64,000 nt of DNA from the human T2T-CHM13v2.0 reference genome, Homo sapiens. Each line of letters starts with the position of its first letter. Position 1 is the stretch's first letter. Under the pieces are notes generated by a model. It was not told the origin of the DNA, did not search any database, and worked only from the letters and a program-made list of their open reading frames with translations. Position numbers and translations under genes: made by a program. Positions 29,009-44,317 of this stretch are shown here, one piece after another. The stretch lies in the NCBI RefSeq assembly GCF_009914755.1, contig NC_060932.1; one strand, 5' to 3'.

Positions 29009-29357
29009 GCGGCCTTTCAAGTCACCTGATAAATGGATCCAGTGGTATTCTCATGAGTGAATCTGCTGTCTATGAAATAGAAGAGGCCTAACCAAGTGCT
29101 GTGCCTGTCTCATAGAGGTAGGAGGTGCAAGCTTGAATAAGTTAATGGCTTTATCTTGAAAAGGATGCCTCAGCATGCCCAGACCACCAGCCCTCCAAAA
29201 ACTCCACCAATGTGGCAGGCCCCTGAATCTTTTCTAGGTCTATCTTCCATCCTCTGGAATTCATGAGTCTTACCGAGGCACCCAACGTACTCACCACTTC
29301 TGCTCCCCAGCTCTGACAAACGTGATTCACCAACATAGGGAGCAGCCTGACGTTCCA

Positions 29358-29572
29358 GAGCAGAGGTCAGCAAATTTTCTGTAAGGGAACAGATTGTAAA
29401 TACTCTATTTTATTGTCACAGCTACTCACCTCTGCCATCATAGAGTGAAAGCGGCCATAGACATTACTGTACATAAGCAAAGGAGTGTGTCTGTTCGAAT
29501 AAAACTTTATTTACAAAAACAGGCAGCGGGCCAGATTTGGCCTACAGATCTGGGTTTGCTCATCCCTGTTCT
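29358..29572. mobile_element. MER58A
   Basis: cagaggtcagcaaattttctgtaaggg...aataaaactttatttacaaaaacaggcagcgggccagatttggcc. Confidence 0.8.
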
Positions 29573-31219
29573 ATAGAATAGCCAAATGATTAAGGACCCT
29601 TTGGACTGTATTGTGATAGAGAATGAATAATTATTAAAGGCCGGGGGCCATATCATGAATGTATACTGACTCTTCCAAGGGAATAGTTTCTGAAAAGAAC
29701 AAATTTGCCAGATAAATAGTATACCAATTGTCAGAGGCTTTGTAGGTCTGTTCTAGTAAAGGTGCAACATCTGGGCCTAGCAGCTGTTTGATTGGAGCTA
29801 CCACTTAATTAAGATTATAATAGATCACTATCAACCACCATGACCTAACTGGATTTGCAGGGGTCAGACTGATGAATTAAAAAGAAATGTTAAGGGGATT
29901 GACACCCCTGCATCCTTTAGTCCTGGAGAATGGTGCTAATCTCTGCCACTGTGACATGGCCTTGCACAGGGGGCACACAATGTCCTATAACCTGGACACT
30001 ATATGACCCTACTCTAAAAGCAGTCATGGTGGCATCAGGAGTCCCATGGCATTATCAGTTCAGATGTTATATCTAACAGCCCTCAAAAGAGCTATGGACT
30101 CCCTTCTTCCCAGCACAAAATTATTCTGGTAAATGACCACGTGTCTCTTTGGAGAAGGATTGAAGGAAATTGCTACTGTCTAAAGTTGCCATGGTGCTGC
30201 AGAGTCACTCCTTAAAAGGAACTACCTGTCTTCAATCCACAGACTCTGGGTCTTAGAATATTTCAGATTTAGAAACTGAGCAAAAAATGTAATTTTTCAT
30301 CGTGCCAGCTGACGTCAGCCTTCAACTCACCCATTCTTGATCATATTTTGTATAAGGCAAAGCAGTGACCTCCTTGGCTGCCAGTCTCATCCATAGGAAT
30401 GCCGTGGTCTATTGGCCATTACCACAGATCGCTGTGGAAAAGGTTCCCCTGGTCACCATTCCAGCTTTGCTTCCCATTACAGGAATTATGTCTACCTTTC
30501 CACTGAAGATTAATTGTTGCCATCTGTCCTCTGCTATTCTGAAATTCTATCCTCACCATTGACACTATGGAGCCCGGTTCAATAGAGCCACTTCCCCTAC
30601 AACGAACTCCAGCCTACAAAGGTCACCACCACTGAGCTTCCCAACAAGGCCAGTGCCACCTCACTAGCACATTTCTTATTGCTATTATGATGGGAAGACC
30701 TCTGGACACTCCGGAGAACAACAGAAGCTGGTCCATATAATGAATTCATGCAATCATACCCACCTCCACGTGCCTTTTGACTCATTCTTCAATACTCTGC
30801 CGAGGAAGTTCTGGCATCCCCACTTCATTTACTAAAGACCATCATTTTTCCAAGCATCAGCTCCAGATGTCCTTGCCAGGACGCTAAATTCTGAGTCATG
30901 GGACAGTGTCTCCAAATCATTGCTCCTCCTTTCCCAATCTTTTCCCCACAAGTCCGAATGCTCCCTCAAGATCCATTCCCAGACATGTTCTCCTTGGACA
31001 TATTAGCCAAGTCCTGAAGCTGCTGTGAACAATTCCTTGGGGAACTACAGCAGGAACCATGTTGAGATTTGATTCTATTTATATTCATTGTCATAGAATC
31101 CTTGAGAGGTGGTGGCAGTAAATCCTAGGAGGACAGGTACTATCTTGTGAAGACTCAACCTCAAGAGTGACATCAAGAAGACAGCAGAGTAGGAAGTGAC
31201 AGGAATCTGTCTCTCTACC

Positions 31220-33050
31220 TTTACCGGAGCACATGAATTCAGTCACTGGTACCTAGAATGCAATGAGAGATATGGCAAATGTGTTAAAAATTTATTTTCT
31301 CAAGGATCATGAGAAATAGTTTGCTTTTCCCTAGCAGGACCGAGTCTACTTTCACAGTTTTGCCCCAGGGCTATGTCAACACTACTGGCCTCTGCCATAT
31401 ATAGAATGCAGAAATCTCAATTGTTTTGACATTCTTAGACTATCACACCGGACCACTTCATTGAATACATGAAGCTGATTGGATCTGATGAACAGGAAGT
31501 GACAAGTACCTGAGATGTCTGAGGAAGACAAATGCAAGGCAGAGGGTAGAGGAAAAACCCCACAAAAATTCAGGGCCCTGCCAATTTGATGAAATTATTG
31601 GTGAGTGATGGTCTGGAGAACGTTAAGATATCCAAGGTGAAAGAGAAGTTGCTGCACCTTGTACCACCTATTACTAAAAACCAAGTGCAGTGATGCATCA
31701 TGACCCTTTTTGGATTTTGGAGGCAACATATGTCACATTTGAGTATACTTCTTAGAGCTACTTAAGTTACTATAAAGTAACCCAACAGTCTGCTGGTTCT
31801 GAGTGGCTACGAGAGCAAGAGAAGCCTAGGCAACAAGTCTAGAATGCAGTGCAAGCTGCATTGCTACTCAGCGATCTAGTGATATTTGGTGTCTGTGGCA
31901 AGTAAGAATGCTGTATGTAGCCTCTGACAAGTCCCAGTAGATAACAGTCCAGAACTCTAAGATTTTGCAGCAAAACAACGCCCCCTTCTGCAGATTACCA
32001 TTTTTTCTTTGAAAAACAGCTTCTGGCTTGCTATTAGACCATGAGTCATCAAGAACTCCGGCAACCTGAGGTACTCATTATGAACTGGGAGTTATCTGAC
32101 TTTCCAAGCTAAACAGTTGGATGCATACAATAGCAATCCATCCCAAGTGGAAATGGTATAGTGGATGGTGCTTGAGCAAGTCCAGAATGCACTAGAATGT
32201 TGTATGTGCAGGTGATTCCGATCCCTTTCACACTTACTTCTGCTGCATTGCCTGCTCTCGTTTAGCTGGCATCACTGGCGTCCTGAAGATTTCCTTATGA
32301 CCGGCACACAGAGGAAGAAAAATATTGGACCTGTCGAGCAGAAATATTCCAAATAACTTTAAGGGTATATTTGCTTACTTTCCTGGCATTGGAGATGGCC
32401 AAAAAAGTACTTATCTACATCAATTCATGGACAGTGAATAATGGTTTGGCTGGCTGCCCAGGAAATTGTAAAGAACAAGATTGGAAGATTAATGACAAGG
32501 AAGACTAAAGAAGTATTTTAAATACACCTTTCAGACTGGGCATAGAGTGTGAAGATTTTATATTTCGGTGTGAATGTTCACCAAAGGGAATCTAATACAG
32601 AGGAGGTTTTCAATAATCAGGTGGACACGTTGACACAGCCTATGGGTCATAGAGCCAAAGGATCAGTCAGCCTCTTTCTCCAGCCACCCCAGGTCCTGGT
32701 AAATGGAACCAAATACAAAGTAGTCATGTGGTAGGGATGGAGGCTATGCATAGACTCAGCAACATGGACTTCCTCTGGGCAAGACCAATCTGGCTACTGC
32801 CACTGCTGACTACCCAACCTATCAACACCAGAATCTAATGCTGAGCTCTTGATATGGCACTCTTTTCTGAGGGTTGGAAGCAGCCAGCCACCTGGTAGAA
32901 GGTTGATTACATTGTACCTCTTTTATCATGAAGGAGTGATTTGTCCTCACCAAAATGTATATATTCTGTATGCAGCTATGCATTCCTTGTCTGTAATACT
33001 TCTGCTACCTGAGGATAGAATGTTATTCACTACCATGTTATTTCTTGTGA
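31220..33050 (+). mobile_element. Decayed ERVL pol (RT, RNase H, integrase start)
   Basis: aaccccacaaaaattcagggccctgcc (NPTKIQGPA); aattcatggacagtgaataatggtttggctggc (RNase H); ORF 32549-32734 VNVHQRESNTEEVFNNQVD. Confidence 0.72.
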
Positions 33051-33335
33051 GTTTAATTGTGTCCTCCCCCCAACTTCACGTGTTGAAGTCCTAACTCCCA
33101 GAACATAACCTTATTTGGAAATAGGGTTATTGCAGATGTAATTAGTTGAGATGAGGTCATTAGGGTGCGATATAATCCAGTAAGACTAGAAAATAAAAGG
33201 GGAAATTTGAACACAGAGACATGCACACAGGGAGTATGCCATGTATAGATGAAGGCAGAGATCAAGGTAATGCTACTACAGGCCAATTAATGCCACAGAC
33301 TGCCAGCAAAGTACCAGAAGCTAGGCAAGAAATAC
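33050..33335 (+). mobile_element. MLT1 (MaLR) LTR fragment
   Basis: gttgaagtcctaactccc...ccttatttggaaatagggttattgcagatgtaattagttgagatgaggtcatt...ccagaagctagg. Confidence 0.8.
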
Positions 33336-34796
33336 GGTCTTGATTAACGTGGCTTTATAATAAATCTTGAAGTTGAGTATTGTCAGTCCTCAACTTTGTT
33401 CTTCTCCTTCAATATTGTGTTGGCTATTATGGGTTTTGCTTTTCATAAACTTCAGAAGAAGTTTGTCACTATCCACAAAATAACATTTTGATTGAGATTG
33501 CATGGAATCTAGATCAAGATGGGAAGCACTGATATCTTGACAATATTGATTCTTCCCATCCATGAACATAGAATATCTCTATATTTATTTAGTTCATCTC
33601 TGATTTCCTTCATCAGAACTTCGTAGCTTTCTTCATGTAGATTTTGTATATATTTTGTTAGATTTATATCTAAGTACTTAATTTTGGGGAGCTGCTAATG
33701 TAAATGATATTTTTAAATGTCAAATTTCATTTGTTCATTGCTGACAGATAGGAAAGCAATTGAATTTTGTAAATTAACCATGCACCCTGCAACCTTGCTA
33801 TAACTGTTTATTAGTTCTAGGAGATTATGGTTGCTTATTTTAGACTTTCTACATAGAAAATCATATCATCTGTGAACAAAGAGTTCTGTTTCTTCCTTCC
33901 CAATCTGTATACTTTTTCTGTTTCTGTCTCATTGCATTAGTTATAATTTCCCATACAATGTTGAAAGGAGTCGTGAGAGTGCACATGCTTGTCTTGTTCC
34001 TGATATCAGCAGGCAAGCTTCTCAACATTAAGTATGTTAGCTGCAGAATTTTTTTAAGATGTTCTTTGTCAAATTGAGGAAGTTCCACTCTATTCCTAGT
34101 TTACTAAGAGTTTTAGCATAAAGTTTTGGATTTTGTGAAAAGCTTTTTCTGCATTTACTGATATGACCATGTGGTTTTTCTTCTTTAGTCTGTTGATGTT
34201 ATGGATTACATTAACTGACTGGCTGAACTGAAGGCTGATTTAACATTTAACATTTAAATCAGCCTTGCATACATGGGACATCATTCTTTTTTCCATTCCG
34301 TCATTGTCTGCCTTCTGATTGAAAAGTGATTACATTTAATGTAATCACTGATAAGGACTTCTGCTGTTTTGTTACTTCTTTTCTGTATGTTTTGTTACTT
34401 TCTTGCCCCCCATTTTCCCCATAATGACTGTCTTTTGTGCTTAGTTTATTTATTTTTGGTAGTGATATCTTTTGATTCCCTTCTCATTTCTTCTTGTGTT
34501 TTCCATAGATATTTTCCTTGTGGTTACCATAAGCATTACACATAACAACCTAAAGTTTAAACAGTCTAATCTAAACTTATTCCAAGTTAACTTTAATAGT
34601 ATAGAAAAACGTATGCCTATACAGCTCTGTCCCACGCCCTTTGTTATTGATGTCCCAAATCTTTATACATTGAGTGCTCAATAACATTTATTTTTATGCC
34701 TGTCTTTTGATTCCTTAGAAAATAAAAAGTGGAGTTACAAGCCAAAATTACATTAATACTGTTTTTTTATGTTTGCCATTGTATTTACTTTACCAG

Positions 34797-35192
34797 TGTC
34801 TTAGTCCATTTTTCTGCTACTATAACAGAATACTACAAACTGGATAATTTATATACAAGTTTATCTGGCTCAAGGCTCTGGAAGCTGGGAAGTCCAAGAG
34901 CATGGTGCCAGCATCTGGTGAGGGCCTTTGTGCTGCCTCATCCCATGGCAAAAGGTGGAAGGACAAGACAGTGTGTGAGACAGAAAAGGACCGGGGCTGA
35001 ATTTCAGAATCTTTTTTATCAGGAACCCACTTCCATGATAACTAACTCACTCCCATGATAATGGCATTAATCCATATATGAGGGCAGAGCCCTTATGACC
35101 TAATCATCTCTTAAAGGTTTCACCTCTTAATACCATCACAATGGCAATTAAATTTCAACATGCATTTTAGAGGGGACATTCAAACCATAGCA
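34797..35192 (-). mobile_element. MST-type MaLR solo LTR
   Basis: tgtcttagtccatttt...gaggggacattcaaaccatagca with 5-bp TSD accag. Confidence 0.88.
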
Positions 35193-36114
35193 ACCAGAAA
35201 TATTTATTTCTTCACTCAGGTTTGAGTTACTGTCTACCATCCTTTCATTTCACCTTCAAGGACTCCCTTTAGCATTTCTTGTATGGCAAATCTACTGGTA
35301 ACAAGCTCCCTAACATAGATTTATAATTGCTTTTTTATGTTTTTGTCTTTTAATTCCTATGGAAAATAAAAACTGATGTTATAAACTAAAGTTATAATAA
35401 TACTGGTTTTTATATTTGCCCTAGAATTTATCTGTCGTGGAGATACTTCTTTCTTCATATGGGTTCAAGTTACTGTCTAGTGTTCTTTCATCTCACTGAA
35501 GGACCCCCTTTAGCATTTCTTGTCAGGCATATCTCGCAGTAACAAGATCCCTAAGCTTTTTAAAAATCTAGGCATGTCTTAATTTCTCCCTTATTTTTTG
35601 AAGGACAGTTTTGCTGGATATATAATTCTCAGTTGACAGGTTATTTTCTTTCAACATTTAAACTATATCATCCCATTGTCTTCTGGCCTCCATTAATTCT
35701 AATTAAAAATTAGTTGATAATCTCATTTAGGATCCCTTGTAATGTGATGAGTTGATTCTCTTGCTACTTTCAAGATTCTTTGTGATTTTTGATAGTTTTC
35801 ATATACTGTGTCTTGGTATGAATCTCTTTGAGTTTATGGTATTAGAGGTTGTTGTAGAGGCTTCTTGGATTTGTACACTTATGTCTTTCATCAAATCTGG
35901 GATGTTTTCAGCCCTCATTTTTAAAACACTTTTTTGCTTTTTTCTAGGACTCTCATAAACCATATGTTGGTCCACTTGATGGTATCCTACAAGTCTTGAA
36001 GTCTATTCACTATTTTTATTCTTTTTCTTTATGCTCCTCAGAGTGGATAATTTCAATAATCCTATCTTCAAATTTGCTGATCCTTTCTTCTGCCTGATCA
36101 AAAACTCTACGGAA

Positions 36115-36444
<330 letters not shown>

Positions 36445-36800
36445 CTAGTGAATTTCTCATCTCAGTTGTCGCACGTTTCAGCTACAAAATTTCTACCTGG
36501 TTCCTTTCTATAATTTTTATATTTTTATTGATATTCTCATTTTGTTCAAACATCATTTCTCTGATTTCATTTAGTTGTCTTTTAACTCTTGTGCATATTT
36601 AAGACAATTGTTTAGTCTTTGTCTAGTAAGTCCAAAGTCTGGGATTCCTTAAGGATAGTTCAATTAATTTTATTCCTGTAAATAAGCCAGATTTCTCATT
36701 TGTTTGCATGCTTTGTGATATTTTTATTATAACTGAACATCTCAATATTATAATGTGCTATGGAAGTTAGACTTTCACTCTTTCCTAGGATTTATTATAA

Positions 36801-36849
36801 TTATTTTTTTTCTTTTATTTTTTTTTTGTCTTCAGTCTTTGTCTTTATT
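36801..36849 (-). terminator. Poly(A) signal and genomic poly(A) tail of the SVA-SLC35G5 transduction
   Basis: AATAAA at 36849-36844 followed ~17 nt later by an A-rich tract (36827-36801). Confidence 0.85.
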
Positions 36850-36890
36850 TATCCCTGTCCCTCCCAACCCCCGGGCTCCCAAGTTCTATC

Positions 36891-37979
<1,089 letters not shown>

Positions 37980-38061
37980 TCATTGGAGTGCGGGTGGGGT
38001 TCTTCCCTGGAACTCTCCTGAGGTGGTAGCACGCCTATTTTCCCGCTGAGTCCAACTCTGC

Positions 38062-39690
38062 TTCTTTTCTTTCTTTCTTTCTTTCTTTTTTTTTTTTTTA
38101 ATTGATCATTCTTGGGTGTTTCTCGCAGAGGGGGATTTGGCAGGGTCATAGGACAATAGTGGAGGGAAGGTCAGCAGATAAACAAGTGAACAAAGGTCTC
38201 TGGTTTTCCTAGGCAGAGGACCCTGCGGCCTTCCGCAGTGTTTGTGTCCCTGGGTACTTGAGATTAGGGAGTGGTGATGACTCTTAACGAGCATGCTGTC
38301 TTCAAGTATCTGTTTAACAAAGCACATCTTGCACCGCCCTTAATCCATTTAACCCTGAGTGGACACAGCACATGCCCCAGAGAGCACAGGGCTGGGGTCA
38401 AGGTCACAGATCAACAGTATCCCAAGGCAGAAGAACCCCTCCCAGTACAGAACAAAATGAAGTCTCCCATGTCTACTTCTTTCTACACAGACACAGCAAC
38501 AATCTGATTTCTCTATCTTTTCCCCACCTTTCCCCCTTTTCTATTCCACAAAACCGCCATCGTCATCATGGCCCGTTCTCAATGAGCTGTTGGGTACACC
38601 TCCCAGACGGGGTGGTGGCCGGGCAGAGGGGCTCCTCACTTCCCAGAAGGGGCAGCCGGGCAGAGGCGCCCCCCACCTCCCTCCCAGACGGGGCAGCTGG
38701 CCGGGTGGGGGCTGACCCCCCACCTCCCTCCCGGACAGGGCGGCTGGCCGGTGGGGGGCTGACCCTCCACCTCCCTCCCGGACGGGGCGGCTGGCCAGGC
38801 CGCGGCTGACCCCCCACCTCCCTCCCGGACGGGGCGGCTGGCCGGGCGGGGGCTGATCCCCGACCTCCCTCCCGGACGGGGCTGCTGGCCGGGCGGGGGC
38901 TGACCTCCCACCTCCCTCCCGGATGGGGCGGCTGCCAGGCGGAGACGCTCCTCACTTCCCAGACGGGGCGGCTGCCGGGCGGGGTGCTCCTCACTTCCCA
39001 GACGGGGCAGCTGCCAGGCGGAGGGGCTCCTCACTTCTCAGACAGGGCGGCCGGGCAGAGACGCTTCTCACCTCCCAGACGGGGTCGCAGCCGGGCAGAG
39101 GCGCTCCCCACATCTCAGATGATGGGCAGCTGGGCAGAGACGCTCCTCACTTCCTAGACGGGATGGCGGCCAGGAAGAGGCGCTCCTCACTTCCCAGACT
39201 GGGCAGCCGGGCAGAGGGGCTCCTCACATCCCAGACGATGGGTGGCCAGGCGGAGACGCTCCTCCCTTCCCAGACGGGGTGGCGGCCGGGCAGAGGCTGC
39301 AATCTCAGCACTTTGGGAGGCCAAGGCAGGCGGCTGGGAGGTGGAGGTTGTAGCGAGCCGAGATCACGCCACTGCACTCCAGCCTGGGCAACATTGAGCA
39401 CTGAGTGAACCAGACTCCGTCTACAATCCCGGCACCTCAGGAGGCCGAGGCTGGCGGATCACTCGCGGTTAGGAGCTGGATACCAGCCCGGCCAACACAG
39501 CGAAACCCTGTCTCCACCAAAAAAATACGAAAACCAGTCAGGCGTGGCGGCGCGAGCCTGCAATGGCAGGCACTCGGCAGGCTGAGGCAGGAGAATCAGG
39601 CAGGGAGGTTGCAGTGAGCCGAGATGGCAGCAGTACAGTCCAGCTTTGGCTCGGCATCAGAGGGAGACCATGGAAAGAGAGGGAGAGGGA
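38062..39690 (-). mobile_element. SVA retrotransposon
   Basis: From the 5' end: about two CCCTCT hexamers (39689-39677), Alu-like domain (~39670-39300), GC-rich VNTR (~39300-38595), SINE-R (~38590-38100), A-rich tail (38099-38062). Confidence 0.97.
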
Positions 39691-39865
39691 ACTCCTGGGC
39701 TCAAGTGATCTTCCCACTCCAGCTTCTGAGTAGCAAGGACTGCAGATGAGCACCATCATGCCTGGCTAATTTTTTTATTTTTTGTAAAGACAGGATCTTG
39801 TTATGTTTCCCATGCTGGTCTCGAACTCCTGGCCCTATGTGATCCTCCTGCCTCAGCCTTCCAGT
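39690..39865 (-). mobile_element. AluJ remnant truncated at the SVA junction
   Basis: Begins mid right arm (aactcctgggctcaagtgatc) and runs to gatcctcctgcctcagcc; the 3' ~70 nt and tail are missing. Confidence 0.8.
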
Positions 39866-39869
39866 GATT

Positions 39870-40120
39870 AACACAGACATATACACCAATGGAACACAAT
39901 AGAGTGCACAGAAATGAATATGCATATGGTCAAATAATCTTCAACAAAGATACCAAGACCACACAATGGGAAAAGGACAGTCTCTTCAACAAAGTGTTGG
40001 GAAAAACTGAATATCCATATGCAAATAATGAAATTGGGCCCTTACCTTACACGGTATACAAAAATTAATACAGAATGGATTAAGATCTAAATGTAAGATT
40101 TTAAACTATAAAACTCCTAA
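39870..40120 (+). mobile_element. L1 ORF2 fragment
   Basis: caatgggaaaaggacagtctcttcaacaaa...ccttaccttacacggtatacaaaaattaa. Confidence 0.8.
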
Positions 40121-40638
40121 GACTGCTTTTTCCCTCCAACAGTGGTGCTGTTTCTGGATGGATCATATCAGAAGGCACATGATGTTGATATGTCCCATTA
40201 CTAATGATGTTAACTTTTCCTGAAATAAGGTGATATCTACCAGTTCCTTTCACTATAAAGTTAGTATTTTCTCCTTTGTAACTAGTAACTATTTTGTGGA
40301 AGGCTATTTGGAGATTATATTCTGTTCTTCACAAATTTTCACCTGCTAGTTTTGCCATTCACTGTTAGGCATTGCCTAAGTCAATGATTACTGTAATAAT
40401 ATGCCAAATAGTGGCTTTTTAATTCCATTTTCTTTCTACATTTAATAGCTGGCATTCTACTCTAAGAAAGAGCTTTCCTTTTACCCTCAATGAGTCATGT
40501 GTTTATATTAATACATACTAAATCAATAATATGTAGAATACATATTCCTAATTCTTGGGAGATTCCTGTGAAGTATTTAGAAGACAGGGTCACAATGTCT
40601 GCAGCTAACTCGGATGTTTCAGCAAAATAACAGTGTAA

Positions 40639-40641
<3 letters not shown>

Positions 40642-40669
<28 letters not shown>
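40642..40669. repeat. (CA)n microsatellite
   Basis: Directly visible. Confidence 0.9.
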
Positions 40670-40672
<3 letters not shown>

Positions 40673-42018
40673 GTATTAAAGCAAATATGGAAAATTTTAC
40701 CAATCATTCAATATAGGAACAATCTAGGGAGATCAGTGTACTATTTTGCAGCCTTTTTGCAGATCTCAATTTTTTCAAAATGTAAGGTAAAAAATATATA
40801 GATTTAATTGAAACACCATCCAAACCTTCACCAATATTTGAAAAAAAAATTCAAATAAGCCCACAGATTTAATTTATTAGCACTTAAATATATTCAGATT
40901 TTATTACCATCGTCTATAGAAATTTAACACTAGCCATCTGTGCAACTGTCCTCTGAGGCAGAGGAACACCATACGCAAATATTACACACTAAGAACAGTA
41001 CCACATTCGACAAGACTCTTTCTTGATTCAGTAAACCAAGCTTGACAAACCGGCCAACCCAAGGTGAATGATTACAGTTATAGGGTACAGGGGAAATTAT
41101 CACCTAGTGAATATTACAAACAATATTAAAATGTTACACAGACTTACAAAAGTTCTGCTTTTTTTTTTCCCTAAGACTGTATGTATATGTGTGTGTGCGT
41201 ACACAGGTTCACAATATGGAAACCTGTACCTTACAGCACTCTTGAGGTTTCAGCAAAGCATACATTATAGACATATTTGCCATACAGTGCAATTTTATTG
41301 TATAAGCCATGAATAATAGTGCACTTAAATCCAAGAGTCACATTCAAATATTATCAAGAGAACAATCCAAATACCCGGCTATTGAAGAAATACACATTCT
41401 TTGTTTTTATAAACTAAGTTCTGCAACTACAACATTTTTTTGTGTAGATGGTATTAGATCAGTAAGGTTTTAAACAATGAGATTTAGGGTGCATTTTGTA
41501 GAATAATTCACCTCTCCAAAGATAACGTGCATTTTAAAAGTGAAGCAAATGTCTTGGCCAGACAAACACAGGCAGTGTTGTACAACTCAGTTTTATTACA
41601 AATCACAAATATAGTTAATCCTTAGACCTGCAGACGGTTAAAGAGAATGGCTCTAGAAGTCAGTAAACTCTCATCAGAATTACTTTGCAGGACAATGTAG
41701 TGTTTACAGTGAGCCTCATTATCTTCCACTAAATTGGGCACAAATTACTGTTCCACAGTGTAGTTCAAGAGCTGGAACATTAAGTTTCTTAAAAAGGATT
41801 TAGATAACAGGTTCAGGCATTTTAATATCCAGTCCTAGAATTTCAGAGGGTCTCTTCTGGGACTATTGGTTTAAAGGAAGATGCTGTGGACAGTGGATTA
41901 TAAAGACCAAATGAAGGTAGAAGTAATTTTATTCAAGAAAATAAAGAAAACTGATACCATAAGAAAGTTATAGTATCAGTATATATTTTATCATCTGAGA
42001 ATAAATGTAAATGGATAA

Positions 42019-42327
<309 letters not shown>

Positions 42328-44138
42328 ATAATGTTTTTAAAGATGATGGGTAACATAAAAATACTATGTGGTAATAACTTAGAATACTAGGTCTGGAGGA
42401 GGAGAACAGGCCTAGCCCATGTGAAAGAATAAGCAGTAGCTAATCTATGTGGTCTTGAGGTATAGTATAAACCTGGAAAGTTCTCTGAACCTCTTCAGTT
42501 CTGAGGGTTGCCCAATTAAAACAACAACAACAACAACAACAACAAAACTTTATCAGATGTACTGAATGACTTCATTCTCTGATAAATTTCAAAGCTTCCA
42601 GAACAGAGGATCAACTATTGTAACTATTGCCCATTTCTGGTCCAGGAAATACCTTTCTGATAAAGAGTGCTCATAAAACGCTTGTGTTGTTTTCATTCAT
42701 TCTATCTAGAAGTGGGCAAATACCAAAACCTTTATCCCAGATTAAGGTCGGATAATAAGTGAACCTGATGACCTACTTTAGAATGACAATTCAAACAGCT
42801 ATCCCTGAAACCAGACAACTACACGAGTTATGCCTTGAAGCAGATCTTTCAAAGTGCAACGAAACATTACTCCTGTTTTTCACTTGAGGAGACTAAATTA
42901 TGGTCATATCTTTTCCATGATACTGATTTTTTATTTAACATAAACCAAATACTGACTGAATCAAAGACTAAAACCCCACAAAATTTCATCCTTTAAAACA
43001 AAAAGCAATAAAATCCCACCCCTAAATCAGGCCTCAAAGTTCAAAGAAATGTTTAAAAATCCCCCATATGGGATCTGACATGAATGTCTATTATTGTCCC
43101 CCCCAAGTCTTCTCAAAAATCACTTTAAAATCTTGCTTTGAGACCCTAAGTTTTCTTGGAAATAAAATACATTTATAGATTGTTTTAAACCTACTGAATT
43201 TTACTATTTCTGCTTGCTTTCTTCCCATTTAATAAAATCAAAATAAAAAATTTTGACCAAATAAATATTTATTGAAAGGTCCTGCCACCAAAAAAGCTTC
43301 AGGTTTTTAAAAACATATAATCAAACAACAATGTTCTTCTGATTAAAAAAAAAAAAAGTACTTATTTAAATCTGAGGATCCTTATATGTTCAATAGAGGA
43401 TTGTGGTGATCCTTTGTATTTTAAAAATATTTGTGGGGCCTACTTTACGTATCTCCTGTATAAAAACCAGCTTTCACTCCACATGAATAGAGAAGATGCT
43501 GAATACGCAGGAATCTGATTATCCCTCACGTGATTATTACCGGCCCCTCTGGGGCAATCTGCTTGCTCACTCATTCTGCCACCATTCTCTTCATTCAAGT
43601 GTTTAACAGCACATTTATCAAAGGCAGCTCTCCGATGCAATGTTTAACGAGTGTCTTCTCAGGAGTGTATCCGTGTCATTTATTCTTCTCATCCAGGTAA
43701 GCACGAACTTCACAGTACTACTAAAAATCTTCTTCAAATTATATTGATAATGGACTTATTTCTGACCGTTTTTGGATTTGGGAAAACTCTAATATTTGGA
43801 TTACCAAATAACACTTCTGTAGATGCACTGATACCGAAGTTTATTTTTACAACCTGTAAACAGATCTGAAGTTTGAACAATCCCTAATTATAAATTAATA
43901 CTAAAATGCAAACTTGCCAAAACAGTATAGATTGTTGTCTCAGTGAGACAGAGAAAACGAAATGCGAATACCGTGTTATGACTGTACTCTGGCTCGCACA
44001 GCAAATGTGCATCAGGAAGATGGGTCTACCTTGATGGTACATCATCCCTCCATGACCAGACCTAATACAAACTCCCTCACAAGTTTCCACCCATGGAAGC
44101 CCTATGGCCGATCAACAGAAGCAGTGGGAGTCACTTCT

Positions 44139-44317
<179 letters not shown>

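Noticed and set aside
38372-39408. GC-rich repeat array and its ORFs (superficially CRISPR-like or repeat-protein-like)
   Set aside because: This is the SVA VNTR: tandem degenerate units without unique spacers, no cas genes, human context.
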